From Geosiphon pyriformis uo1 (Eukaryota; Fungi; Glomeromycota): 9,319 nt of DNA. Both the position numbers and the translations under genes were made by a program. The DNA is taken from positions 1 through 9,319 of the forward strand of contig JAAOMT010000033.1 of the NCBI GenBank assembly GCA_016748015.1. Direction: 5' to 3'. Below the pieces are notes generated by a model, which worked only from the letters and a program-made list of their open reading frames with translations, was not told the origin of the DNA and searched no databases. Positions 8,851 through 9,319 of this stretch are shown in pieces. The number at the start of each line of letters is the position of its first letter. The first letter of the stretch is position 1.

Positions 8851-8960
8851 TTGCTGAACTAAAGATATATTTTGGTGAACTACAAGTTATTTTTGTGAAC
8901 TATTAGATATTTTGGTGAACTATTAATTATTTCGGTGAATTTCTACAAATTTCAGCAAAC
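8851..8960. repeat. About six ~20-bp-period degenerate repeats in U3
   Basis: ttgctgaac (8851), tttggtgaac (8871), ttttgtgaac (8891), tttggtgaac (8911), ttcggtgaat (8931), ttcagcaaac (8951). The other LTR copy has ttcgctgaac and ttcggcgaac. Confidence 0.8.
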
Positions 8961-9145
8961 TTTTGAATGTTACATATTTCAGGGTATTGCATGATTGATC
9001 ATCGCAATTAGGTTATATTTGTGTTATGTACAAATTGGATTATTAATTAAATGATAATTTCAGACATTTTGCTAATGTAATAAGTGATAATTTGAAATGA
9101 TAATATATGCTAATTAATGATAGGAATTATAAAGATAATTTCATG

Positions 9146-9319
9146 CTAAATAATATCTCTAATTTCATCTGGTAACATAACTTTCTCTTCAAGACTAAGC
9201 TCCATCAAAGTCCAAGTACTATCTGTAATTTTCAAATAATAATCCAAAATTATTGAAGAAATTTGGTCTGAAAATTGTTGAATTTTTAGTTCTGTGAGCT
9301 TTCCAATGTATTGAATCTT
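9146..9319 (-). CDS. C-terminal 57 aa of an ORF that reads through the PPT into the LTR (partial)
   Basis: Open from the right edge: KIQYIGKLTELKIQQFSDQISSIILDYYLKITDSTWTLMELSLEEKVMLPDEIRDII*, with TAG at 9146-9148. Confidence 0.5.
   Translation of the reverse strand, partial: KIQYIGKLTELKIQQFSDQISSIILDYYLKITDSTWTLMELSLEEKVMLPDEIRDII
9181..9190 (-). promoter_or_regulatory. Polypurine tract (PPT)
   Basis: GAAGAGAAAG (10 purines), then TTA, then the LTR-initial TG. It may derive from a G-richer tract by G>A decay. Confidence 0.7.

Larger units (their letters stand above)
8193..9177 (-). repeat. Complete 985-bp LTR (probable 3' LTR of element B)
   Basis: TG...CA termini. tggtaaca at 9170-9177 is the exact inverted repeat of tgttacca at 7494-7501 (decayed to tgttattg at 8193). 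A purine tract lies immediately outside 9177. Confidence 0.88.
8193..9319 (-). mobile_element. Element B: 3' end of a second same-family, same-orientation copy
   Basis: Minus-strand order is ORF tail, PPT, TGTTACCA LTR start, which is the layout of an element's 3' end rather than host flank. Confidence 0.7.

Noticed and set aside
7494-8898. The two ~700-bp repeats as the paired LTRs of one element, or as an assembly artefact
   Set aside because: They abut with no internal region between them, and differ by ~10% in the part I compared.
8851-8960. CRISPR-like repeat-spacer array
   Set aside because: Cores and spacers are only ~10 bp, there are no cas genes, and the array lies within a eukaryotic LTR.

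Overview
This is an AT-rich eukaryotic window, made almost entirely of a degenerate Ty3/Gypsy (Metaviridae-like) LTR retrotransposon family on the minus strand. The Gag sequence resembles repeats I recall from Glomeromycotina fungi such as Geosiphon; that is recollection, not a search result. Element A reads, right to left: 5' LTR remnant (7494-8192), PBS (7474-7491), gag with CCHC knuckle, aspartic protease, a ~200-aa Cys-rich domain, dUTPase, a possible second degenerate dUTPase fold, RT, RNase H, integrase (ends at 412), then an extra ORF (from 289) running off the left edge. Everything from 7473 to 412 lies in one reading frame with no frameshift but about 30 in-frame stops, each explicable by one C>T or G>A transition. 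A complete 985-bp LTR (8193-9177) abuts the truncated LTR. It is preceded on the minus strand by a polypurine tract and an open ORF tail, so it is best read as the 3' LTR of a second same-family element B. The LTR has a TATA box, a ~20-bp-phased array of TTCG-N-CGAA-derived motifs, and two tandem double-hairpin units with compensatory base changes. No host genes are evident.
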